A stretch of 64,000 nt of DNA from Camelus ferus (taxonomy: Eukaryota): the NCBI RefSeq assembly GCF_009834535.1, contig NC_045696.1:4714001-4778000 (forward strand), in the 5' to 3' direction. The position numbers and the translations under genes were made by a program. Shown piece after piece: positions 53,628 to 64,000 of the stretch; position 1 is the first letter of the stretch; the number at the start of each line of letters is the position of its first letter. A model generated the notes under the pieces. That model saw nothing but the letters and a program-made list of their open reading frames with translations, made no database searches and was not told the origin of the DNA.

Positions 53628-54056
53628 TAATGGATGGACCTAGGTATTAACCACACTAAGTAAATCAGATAGAAAAAGACACATATTGTATGATATCTCA
53701 TGTGTGGAATCTAAAAAACAATACGGATGAACTTACTTACAAAACAGGAACAGACTCACAGACACAGAAAGCGAACTTATGGTTACCAAAGAGGAAAGAC
53801 GGGGAGGGATAAATTAGGAGTATGGGATTAACAGGTACACATTACTATATATAAAATAGATAAGCAATAAAGATTTAATGTATAGCACAGGGAACTATAT
53901 TCAATAACTTGTAATAACCTATAATGGAAAATAATCTGAAAAAGATTATATATATCTCCTGGTATATGTTTATGTATATATAACTGAATCACTTTGCAGT
54001 TTGCCTGAGACTAACACAATATTGTAAACTAACTATAGCTTAATTTTTTAAAAAAG
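53628..54056 (+). mobile_element. Artiodactyl-type L1 3'UTR
   Basis: atggatggacctag...cagactcacagacacagaa...cacagggaactatattcaa...actgaatcactttgc. Confidence 0.9.
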
Positions 54057-56494
54057 GTTAACAAAATGAGACCAATTCTGATAGTAATATTTGAGTTGAT
54101 TTAATTGATAGACAGGGAAGTAAAATGTTGCTCCCTGCCACTCCTGCTTTATGATCCCACTGGGAAAAAACTCCAACAGAGAAAAAAATCGCAGTGGGAA
54201 TCCTCAAAATTAGCCAACGAGGAAGTCAGAAACCAGGTCATTTTTTACTCAGTGCTGCAGAAAGGCTGGAGAGGAAATTGGGGAGCCCTGGGGCAGGAGC
54301 TAAGCCTTTAGCTGCACAGACCCCCCCCCCCAGCTCCCCTACTGAGCTGACAGAACTCAGAAGCTGAAATCAGCAGGCCTGGTCGGAGGACAGCACATAT
54401 TAATTTCCCTAGCATCGCCCCCTTGCTGGGAAGTCATGGTCAGATAAGGGAATATTTCTCATTGGAAGCAGGAGAAGGCAGTTGGAGGGGCTGTCTGGAG
54501 AAGAGCGCCCCTCCCCTTGAGGTGACCTGGCCTGCCTTGGAGTGGGCGGTGGGGTGGGGATGAGATTTGTGCTCCTCAAAGTGAAAGTTGCTGGGTGCCT
54601 AGGTCGTAGCAAAATTCAGGTTGAGTTTTTGACATCTTTGAAACATTGGTTTCTCAAAGTATTAATAATCTCCCAGAGAAGTCTAAAAATGTGAAGCCTA
54701 GGTCAGCTCTCCTCCCAGCACGAACACGCACACGCACACAAACACACACAGAGTCTTAGAAAAGGATAGGGATATGGACTCAGGCTCCCAGCTGAAACTT
54801 GGAGACCCTCTGCCTTTGAACCTGTCTGCTGGTTAGGACTTGACTTCTTTTTTCAGGGATTATTTCATCTTACTGACCGTTTGAAAAATAAACACGTATA
54901 TATGTTTGGTGCATATATATATACATCTTAAAAATGTATGTTTGTGCATATTAATCTTAAAAAAGATGTATAAATGTGATTTTTTTCATATACAAGCAGT
55001 GAGATATTAGTACTTTAAAAATATTATTATGAAACTCAGCCATGCATTTGTTCACTGACTTGCCAATACCATTTGAAAAAATCACTTCTCACTCATTTTC
55101 TTCTGCCATGTAGTCAGTCATTCAAGGACCATAGTTTTGTTTCCATCTTTTTCTTACTAATTGTTGGTTTAAAATTGCTTTTTCTGTTAATAGTTTTCTT
55201 AATTCCTATAAGAAACAAAACACAGGGTAACATTTATCTCATTCCTTTTTTCCTTCTCCTCCCATTATAAAAGGTGCTGACCAAGGCACTCATCTTGGCC
55301 ATCACCAAGTAGAACATGGTTTTACTTCTTTAGTTATTTTGCATATAATTATGATAAATCTCAAATTCTAAACATGACTTTGGAGCCGAGATCTACTGAA
55401 GTCTGTTTCACTTAAGAAGGTCTGAATTCACTCTTAAAGGTTGGCAAGACTGTGGATCCTGTGAAGTGCTCAAAATGTGCATCCATTTCTCTTACCTTCT
55501 TATTCTGCTTATAATCATTTGTTGTCACTGTACTGTCCTTAACTGTCAGAGTTTATTCTCCAAATATTCCTAAATATTTGTGACTTCCTTGCTTAATCGC
55601 ATCTCTTACCTTTATATTTTATAGTTTTCCATTTTAAAGTTAAGTTTCTTGTAAGGTTGCCTTTAAAAAGAAAGCCTTTTTTTTTTTTTTTCTGGAGTGA
55701 CACAGACAGGTTGTCAGGGAAGAATGTGGCTGTCCTTTAATCAGGCATTGTTTTATGTACACGATAAAGATGATTTCTGCCTGCTTATCAGATCTATGTA
55801 TGGGTTCATAAATTCACTTTATCCTGGTGTCCCTAGTGAAGGACATTTCTCCATGTGCTGCTAAGAACAATCAAGGTTTAGATTTCCAAAGGCGATAAAA
55901 TAACCAGGGTGGTTTTTGGAAAGGAATGAAAACTTGGTAAAAAATAGCATTGAAAGTGTCTCACAATTTACAGAGAGAAAGAGGACTGCCTCTTTGAGAA
56001 TAAATGTAAAGAAGAAATCTTCCAATATTTGTTTTTATCAATGTTTATGCTACTAAGAGAACTGTCAGTGTTTCTGTCTTGCTGTAAATGAGAAATGTCT
56101 GGTGGGACCCTGGATCACTTGGTTGTCAGTTTGCAGGCTGGATTTTCTTTACTTGCAAACACAGTCCCATTTCTTGCTACAAACTGACCCACTGGATAGG
56201 AATCTGTAGTTGATAAATACAATTAACTTAGATTAATTTAGCCATAACTGATAAAGGAAGTATTAAGTGACATACTTTTCTCAGTGATAAAAATATTGAA
56301 GAAAGGGATGGGCATTCATGTATCTAATGATCCTTGGATACTAGTCATTTAGGTAGACTTGTATCATGTATACAAAAACACAAGGTCTTTTAAAAATATT
56401 GTCCTATGTGCCCAAGGGCACAAAGGTGAAATGCAACTGTATATCAAAATACTGTCAAACCACGAATCAGGTAAACCTAATACTTGTAGTTAAA

Positions 56495-56690
56495 TACTAT
56501 TGCACCACTGAAACTAATACAATGTTATATATCAGTTATGCCTCAATAATATATAGAGAGAGATGCTGTGTATCTAGAGAGATGTAACTATATTTAAATA
56601 TACATATATTTCCTTGACATTGGTGTTGGTGATGATTTTTTCAATTTGACACCAAAAACAAAGGCAACAAAACAAACAGAAACACAAACA
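56495..56690 (+). mobile_element. L1 fragments (3' terminus followed by an ORF2 piece)
   Basis: ctgaaactaatacaatgttatatatcagtta; then tccttgacattggtgttggtgatgatttttt...gacaccaaaaacaaaggcaacaaaa. Confidence 0.6.
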
Positions 56691-57594
56691 AAACAACTCT
56701 ATCAATCCACGTTGGATCTTTCTGGCATCTCACTAGTAGTACTTGTGAGATTCCTGTGTAAATAATCTCATCTCCTGAATTTTATACCAGCATTAAAATC
56801 AGACATATGTCTTTCCTTAAAGGTAGTGATTCTATAGAGTAGAGATGGAAAATAGTCGGGAGCAAATTGAAGCAAATGTTATATACCACTTTTCATTCTA
56901 TACATTCTGTTTTTCTTAATGACAGAAATGTGACTTCATATATAACAATATTATCCAATTGATACCTCTCTCACCCAACTAATACATTTTCTACTGTTAG
57001 AACAAAACCTGGTTTAAAGTTTGCCAAAGTGTCTTTCACTCACATTTGGAATAATTATTTTATATGAGACAATTAAATTAATATGTCACTTTCTATAACC
57101 AAATAGAATTTTATTTGGACCAGTGATCAAATTTTCATTCTGATTCTTATTTTGGCATTATTAAAAAGTGCTACTTCAACTGAATCTTGATTTTAAGCAC
57201 ATTTCAGAAGCCAATTAAATAGTGTCTTCAGTAGCTCAGTACCATACAAGTGATCAGTAATAGGTTTCTGGTAGTGAGGAATGATTACTGCTCTTGGCGT
57301 TTTACCGTTGAAACACTTTTATATGCTGCTATAAAATATCTGCTTGAGTCCAGGTCTGTGTGTTTTATGCTCTCTTACCTTTCCTGGGTTCCCTGGGCAG
57401 ATGGAGAACTGCTTGGATTTTAGATCTGGCTTTCTCATGCCATTTCATGTAGTAGCAATGCAAACCTGAGCTAGTCACCCAGCCTTGTCAGGTTAGTCTA
57501 AGTGGGGACAGCAGTGCTTGAATATTGCATTTAAAAAAGTGCACATCAGCAATTTAAAAACCATGAAGTGTTTTGGAATATAAGCCATTTATCA

Positions 57595-57860
57595 TTTCAT
57601 TCGCTCACTCATCGATTGATTGATTGATTGATTGATTGATTCCATCATTTACCAACCATGTATGGAATGTGCGAAGATGTGGGCTTGGTTCTAGGTGCTG
57701 AAAAATAATTCAGACACTGTCCTTAAGTTTCTCACAGTGTAAACAGAGGAAACTAAAAATTAAATACATAATTCCAACACAATGTGCTAAGTGATAAATT
57801 CCAATACAATGTGTTAATTGTTACAGAAAGCTATGAGATATTTATGGGAACAGAGAGATT
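57595..57860 (-). mobile_element. L2 3' end with (GATT)n tail
   Basis: tcattcgctcactcatc(gatt)n...gttctaggtgctg...cagacactgtcct. Confidence 0.65.
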
Positions 57861-58454
57861 ACACTTAGTAACCTAAAGAAAGTTACCAAAATACATTTAA
57901 TATTTCACATGTAATTTGGTCTGCTATCTTTCAAGTACACCTAAAAAGATAAATAACTTCTGTAATTTTTAAAAACAGAATTCAGTGGAATATTATGAGG
58001 ACTGTGTATATTTCTATATGAGTGGAGTAACCATCTCTGTATAATTTTCTGTGTGAGGATTTCTGTTTATCTTCTTTACTCAATATCATATTCAGTACAC
58101 AATGGAATTCCAGTTATTTTTGACCAGATGACTGTCAAAATTGGCCTGATTTCCCCAGAACTGCCCACATGGTTAGAGACTTGAGGGGCCTTGAGGCTGG
58201 GTTCACACAGGAACATCCTCCTCAGAACTGGCCAGGAGCAAAAGTTTCTACAGTCAGTGACAGGCTTCACGATACGCTGAAATCATCTTGTCTTCAAATT
58301 TTAAAAATGATAGCTACCCTTTCCCCTGGAACTTCTACCTAAATAAGACTTTACTGCAAAATGGACCAGTTTTGTTCAGTTTGCAATTATGTTCCAGAAC
58401 TTTAAAAATTAACTCAACACAATAATTTGTATTATTATCATAAAAAACAAACTA

Positions 58455-58730
58455 GTTTGAGATTTGTAGATACTAAGTGCTGTATATAAAATAGGTGAAC
58501 AACAAGGTCCTACTGTACAGCACAGGGAACTATATTCAATACCCTTGTAGTAACCTATTAGGAAAAAGAATATGAAAAGAAATACATGTCAGTACATGTA
58601 TGACTGAAACATGATGCTGTACACCAGAAATGGACACAACATTGTAAACTGACTATACTTCAGTAAAAACAATCAAAAAAACCCAAACAAAAATACCTAA
58701 CAATCAAATTTTAAAAATTAAAAAAAATCA
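58455..58730 (+). mobile_element. L1 3' end with A-rich tail
   Basis: acaaggtcctactgtacagcacagggaactatattcaa...acattgtaaactgactatacttc. Confidence 0.88.
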
Positions 58731-58769
58731 ACTTCTACAAATGACAAGATGACAAGCACTCTCGTGAGG

Positions 58770-58920
58770 GATTGGGGATTCTTTTGGTTTCCTCCTGGCT
58801 TGGCTTTGCCACTTCCTGTGGCCCAGGCAAATCAGGTAACTCCTTGGACCTCTGTTTCATCATGTGTTAAATGAGGAAATTGGACTAAGCAATCTCTTGG
58901 GGACCTTTCATTTCTAATAG
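58770..58920 (+). mobile_element. MIR fragment
   Basis: ggctttgccactt...ggcaaatca...ggacctctgtttcatcatgtgttaaatgagg...ttggacta. Confidence 0.65.
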
Positions 58921-60768
58921 TCTTATTTCAGTGATAATAAGATTTTGCCTTAGCATGGTTAAAAAAAATACAGAAGAAAAAAGTTACAGGTTCAACTGGA
59001 TTTGAGAACTGAAATAGAAATTACTGGCAAGTGTTTCCAATATATTCTTGGGTGAAGACTGTCCTGAGAATTAAGAATGAGTAGCGTTTCAATATCTTTC
59101 CACAATACGTGGTGAGAAGAGCAAGGATTGGTTAGAGGAGAGCTGAATATGGATTTGGTTTAATAATATAAAAAGTATACCTTATTTGTTTGCAGTTAAG
59201 AGAAGAAAATATGTATTTTCCTGTGTTACGTGTTCTAATGCAGAGGCCTCCCTTCCTCACACAGCTCCAGAACTTCCACACAGAATGTGTCCTTTCCACT
59301 CACAGAAGCCACGGCAGACTCCTGCCATGTCACCACCAGCCCTTCCGGATGAAATGCTGTTTTGAATGAGATGCTGTTACTGTGTTGGTCTCTAGAGCTC
59401 ACTGCAAATTCTCAGAAGGGCAGAGTTGATCCTCAGGTGGTGTGTGTGTCCCTTCTGGGATACAAATACAAGACAAGCCGTCCAGTACTTCCACAATGGC
59501 ACTACTCAGATACACCAACAACAACTCTTGATGGAGTTTTAAAATCTAGAAAGAAATGTTGGGATATGTGCTGTTACTTCTGTGCTTAAATTCTATCCAT
59601 ACAGACTGTTCCTAAGAGGCTCTGTTCTTTAATCCTCGCTGATTGTTAAAAGATTTGTTGTCTTACAATTAAGTGCAGATGGTTTTGAGCAGTAATCAGA
59701 TAAACAATAATGCAGTTTAGGAATGGTTCAATTTCCGGGTTGGATTTGCATCCTTAATCCTAGACTAAAAAAAAAAATTAGGAGACTGCAGATGATCTGT
59801 AATGCACTTTTATGAAAACCGCTGCGATACTCCAGGAGTCCTTAAGCATAGGAAATAATGCTTGTAACTATGTTGGGCGAGGAGAAAGCTTTTTAAGAAC
59901 ACTACGCATCTCAAGACTATCTGTATGGTACACATCATAGTGAAATTAGTTCGCCAAGGTACGTAAAAAGGTGAAAATGCATAAAGATTGTCTAAGTGCC
60001 AGTTCCTCTAAATTAAAAACAAAGAATGAAAGAATTATTCCTCAGATTTGGTCAGGGCTGTTAGATTTAAATATAGTTTGAGATCTGGTTCAGATGGAAA
60101 GTACATGAAGCAGTTAACCTTTGGCAACAGCATGCAGAGGGAATGACTGAATATTCATATACAGAATATTCGATGCTTAAAGATGATATTTCTAACACAC
60201 AGGATTTCAGGACAACAGGCAGACTCTAGGTGCTGCTCACACTGGGATGTCATGTGCTGAAGCCCACCCGTCCCGACTCTCACTGTAGAACTAAGGGTTC
60301 ACCTCCTACTTTGGATGGGTCTGGGGCTGGGGAAACGGCTGCTGTGATTCTTCTGGCTCTCTCTTTAGGAACTTCCGCTTTCTGTTTGTCTGTTTCTCTT
60401 TCCACTTTTGGAGCCCTGATGCTCCTCTGAGGACAGGATGGTGGCAGCAAGTTCTGGAGCTGAGTAGCGCTGGTCCTCATCGTTAGCCTTGCCTCTCCAT
60501 CGTGCAGAATAGCTAAGTAAGAAGACTCGTCCTTGTTGTTTAAAACCTGACCTACGACCAGCTTGCAGGGTGCAGCTTCCACATGCAGGGAAGCAGTAGG
60601 TGTGGCCAGCCCAACTCCTACCCACACACAGCATACTTGTCCCTCACCGCCTCTGCTGAGATTACCCAGAGGCTACAAAATACTGCTACAGAGCTTCCCT
60701 TGCCCCACAATTTAACATCTTATTCGAAATATTTCAAGTGGTCTAAGTTTTGATCTGAGAGCTTTTCT

Positions 60769-60987
60769 GTTTTTTTTTTTTTTAATTGAAGTGTAGTTGA
60801 TTTACAGTGTTGGGTTAGTTTCAGGTGTACAGCATCGTGATTCAGTGACCCATATACATTCTTTTCAGATTCTTTTCCGTTATAGGTTATTGCAAGATAT
60901 TGAACATAGGAACATATACACAATTCTATATATAAAGCAGATAAACAAGGACCTACTGTATAGCACAGGGAACTATATTCAAGATCT
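60769..60987 (-). mobile_element. Mini L1 with 5' inversion (twin priming)
   Basis: 60769-60909 is a minus-strand L1 tail; 60910-60987 is the adjacent upstream L1 segment on the plus strand; degenerate TSD at 60752-60768 / 60983-60999. Confidence 0.88.
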
Positions 60988-61125
60988 AAGTGCATTTCTT
61001 CTAAGAATTTAGCTTTACCTTTGACCAGAACTTAGCTTGGGCCCACTTGGAATACCTGGTAAAATTCCCCGTGAATTCTCACTCTTTAAATTAAAAGAAC
61101 AGAAGGGATTTCCTACATGCTTCTT

Positions 61126-61700
61126 GTGGCCGGCAGAATTCTAAGGTGACCTATAAAGACCCTTGCCCGTGTATGATTTCCTCCCTTTGAGTGGGAGGAC
61201 CCCTGAGGATGATGAGAGCTCTCTCCTGTGATTGTTACATCCAGTGGCAAAGAGGATTTTGTGGATGTGATTAAGGTCCCAAGTAAGCTGACCTTGGGTA
61301 GGGAGATTATCGGTATAAGCCTGACCTTTAAACTTGTACTGGAGGTCAGACAGAGCATGAGAAGAAATTTTTGGGAGAGGGCCACATGGCAAGGGTGACC
61401 TCTAGGAGCTGAGAACAGCCTCCAGCTGACAACCAGCAAGAAAACAGAGGCCTCAGTGCCAAAAACCTCAAGAGACTGAGTACTGCCAACAACAAAAAAG
61501 AGCTTGGGAGTGGAGTTTTGCCCAGAGCCTCCCCCTGAGACAGCAGCCTGGCTATCACCTTGACTTCAGCCTGCTCTCCTGAGCAGAGAGCCCCTCCAGG
61601 GCGTGCAGGACCCGACGGGCAGCGCCCCGAGCCCACAGTGGGTGCGCCGGTAAGCTTCTGAGCTGGTGAGGCTTTGTCCACAGCGACGGAAAACTAGTGC
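61126..61700 (+). mobile_element. MLT1E-like MaLR solo LTR
   Basis: tgtggccggcagaattctaag...gatgtgattaaggtccc...cagctgacaaccagcaagaaaacagaggcctcagt...caccttgacttcagcc. Confidence 0.88.
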
Positions 61701-61714
61701 TCAGGCCCAGCGGC

Positions 61715-62361
61715 AGTCAGCTGGACCATGCTGTTTCTCTGACTAACTGCTTCATCTCCACCCTCTCTGTTCTGCACTGTGGTGCTAAGGCTGGGGTTCT
61801 ACAAACCCCCTTCCCTTTCACAAGCTGCTCTGTTGGGCTCTGCCCATCAGGGCCACCTGTGTTGTCTGCGAGGCTGGCAGAGAGGCAAAGACGGGGCACA
61901 TCCCACTCACGGGCTCCAGTTTGGGTCAGTGGAACCTCAACATTGCCCAGCAGTGGTGGGTCAGTCCACACTCAGTTTCAGCCTGCAGGGCTTCCACTCT
62001 ACACTTGCAAAGTCACCCTCGTTGCACCCTCTTGGGATGCAAATGTCAGCCAGCTGCCTCCTCTGTTCAGAGGTCTGAATTTACAAGGTCCCTCTTCTGA
62101 GCTCCCGAGGTTCCAGCATCTGCCAGCCACCAGGATGTTCACCTTGTATGTCCAGCGCCATGGGTCCTTTCCTCAGGCCTCTGGGTTCCAGTTAGTTTCC
62201 TTTCATTCTCTCAGCCCCGCGGTTACAACTCTCTGAAGCTGCAGCATCTCCCCTGGGCCTTTCCTGTTCTCCAGTAGCTGGTTGACAGTTCTTGGCATTA
62301 ATCTCTCTGTTGAGATAACATAAGGAGCTCCTGTGGTCCTGACTTGGTCCTGATCACTACA
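61715..62361 (+). mobile_element. LTR33/LTR41-like ERVL LTR
   Basis: ctctgttctgcactgtggtgctaaggctgggg...ctgttgggctctgcc...attaatctctctgttgagataac...cctgatcactaca. Confidence 0.7.
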
Positions 62362-64000
62362 GTCCCCACCGGCTTACTGGGCCTGATGGGGTGGACAGGA
62401 GGCGGCGGCCATACGACCCCAGGGCGGCCTCACCAGCTCCCTTTGGAGTTGGGGCTTTGGCCTCTCTGGGTCTCAACTCCCCCGGGTGCTGCCCTTGCAC
62501 AAAGTGTTCCTCAGGCCTGTGACAATGGCAGCTCCCCGGGGACTGGGCAGGTGTTCATGTCTGAGTGGAAGGACAACCTTCTATGCCGTGAGCCTCAGGA
62601 GCACACCTTTCTCCCAGTTTGCTGATTTCACCCCCACCTTGATTTGCTGGCCCACCCCTCAGAAGATGAGTGTGGTTGGAAACACCCTCTGTTTGGGAAG
62701 TCTGGGCCCTGACGAACACTTAGTGGGGTGTGAGGGACCCTCAGCGCTCTCCCCTCTCATCTATAAAGCTCAGAGTAAGAGAGCTGAGGCCTGGTGACTG
62801 GGTGGTGTAGCTCAGGCTGCCTGGAGCCTGCCATCCACCTGCCACACCCCCTCCCCCACCAGTCACCTTGCGTGTCCCTGTCTTGTGGACCCGAGGCCCT
62901 GGCCCTCACCTTTGAGGGGTGGCTGCAGTCATCATATACCTCGGCACCTAGAGCTCTAGAAAAGCACTACACGGTGCCTGCCGCGCGGTAGGTGGGGACA
63001 GCGCGTTGAGTGAGGAGAAGGGGAGTGGCCAGGGCCCACCTCACTTGGTAGCAATTTTGATGAAAACACAGTTTTTATCAGCAAAGGGATTTGTAAAGAC
63101 TATGCAGTATTTTACTGATCTTTTCATAAATTTTTTTTAATCTCAGTGTGTGAGAGGTAGAAAGCAGAGGGCAGGGCAGCTCAGAAAAAGGATATTGGTT
63201 GAGTCAAGTTGAGTGGCAAGGTTGAGGCTGGATATTGGCTTGGCTTTGGGATCCAGCTGGGTGATACTGGCCGTTTCCTTAAAGGAGGGCTGGTATTCTG
63301 ATGGGGTTCTGTTTGTAAGTGAATGAGGTCAAGTACACAAAGGACCAAGTGTAGGGCTCAGTACTTCATAGACATTCAATAAAGCCAGGCTCTTTCCTAA
63401 CTTCTCATTAGTTTACCCATTTCAACATCATTTCATCCATTTCAACGTTTCATTCGTTAACTTTTGTACATGTCAGCATGACGTTAATCTATGATTTGGC
63501 TGACGCCCTGTGTCAGCTTGTAGACCATTACTCAGCAGCAGTGTCTTGTCTGGGGTTCCTCCAAGTGGTTTGTCCCAGCCCTGCTCTCCACTTGCTTAGA
63601 TGGGCTTCCAAAATGCTGTATAACAAATATAGCCTTTTGTTAAGTAAAGAGGGTCCTGAGGCTAGTGTAGGACTTGTTCTCAGATTTCACTCCTAAACAG
63701 AAGAGGCAGGACTAGAACTTGAGTCTTCTGATCCCAAGAGGAAGCCCCTTCACTCTGCCTCACCACCTCAAACATTTTAAAATAAACTCAGGACTTATTT
63801 GACTCAGTGCCGCAAACAGAGGTTTCAGGAAGTTTTATTTTACTTAGTTTGGTTACGCGGATGCTGAGAGACCACCACTTACCCTACTTAGCCACTCTCT
63901 GCACCCTTCATCAGCACAGCTGAACAATCTTGGGTGCTTTTCAATCCCAAAGTAGGTGACTGAAAAACCTCCTGGAAGTTTCTGGAGTGAAAACTTAATA

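Noticed and set aside
54412..54430. CTCF-like motif on the minus strand (ccagcaagggggcg)
   Set aside because: Mismatch at a core position; cannot be supported from sequence alone.
61697..62236. 179-aa plus-strand ORF
   Set aside because: Lies almost wholly within an LTR33/41-like element and starts at a non-ATG codon.
1..64000. CRISPR arrays, tRNA/rRNA genes, prokaryote-type operons or defence systems
   Set aside because: None seen; the sequence is mammalian repeat-rich DNA.

Overview
Placental-mammal genomic DNA, AT-rich, repeat-dominated and intronic or intergenic. I could not identify any host protein-coding gene. Nearly all ORFs in the track are L1 remnants or chance ORFs. Repeats recognised by eye: L1 of several ages, L2, MIR, hAT and TcMar DNA transposons (MER20, MER33, MER58A, Charlie7, MER5, ORSL, MER81, Tigger5/MER47, Tigger1-derived MITE) and ERVL/MaLR LTRs (MER21, MLT1, MLT2, LTR33/41). 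The young L1 3' ends look artiodactyl, and I saw no Alu, BovB/Bov-tA, PRE1 or CHR SINE, so the host is probably a camelid (inference). Top finding: a ~2.3 kb non-repeat block on the minus strand (about 32160 to 29880) carries a colinear series of decayed motifs resembling a protoparvovirus VP1/VP2 capsid gene. It runs from a PLA2-like start to a C-terminal RKFY-stop, making it a candidate ancient endogenous parvoviral element. This rests on recalled reference sequences and needs a frameshift-aware search. Other findings: a 218-bp inversion that flipped the tail of a near full-length L1MC inserted in MER58A, a twin-primed mini-L1, and a 102-nt minus-strand exon candidate. Repeat subfamily names come from recalled consensus sequences, and boundaries are approximate unless TSDs or TIRs are quoted.
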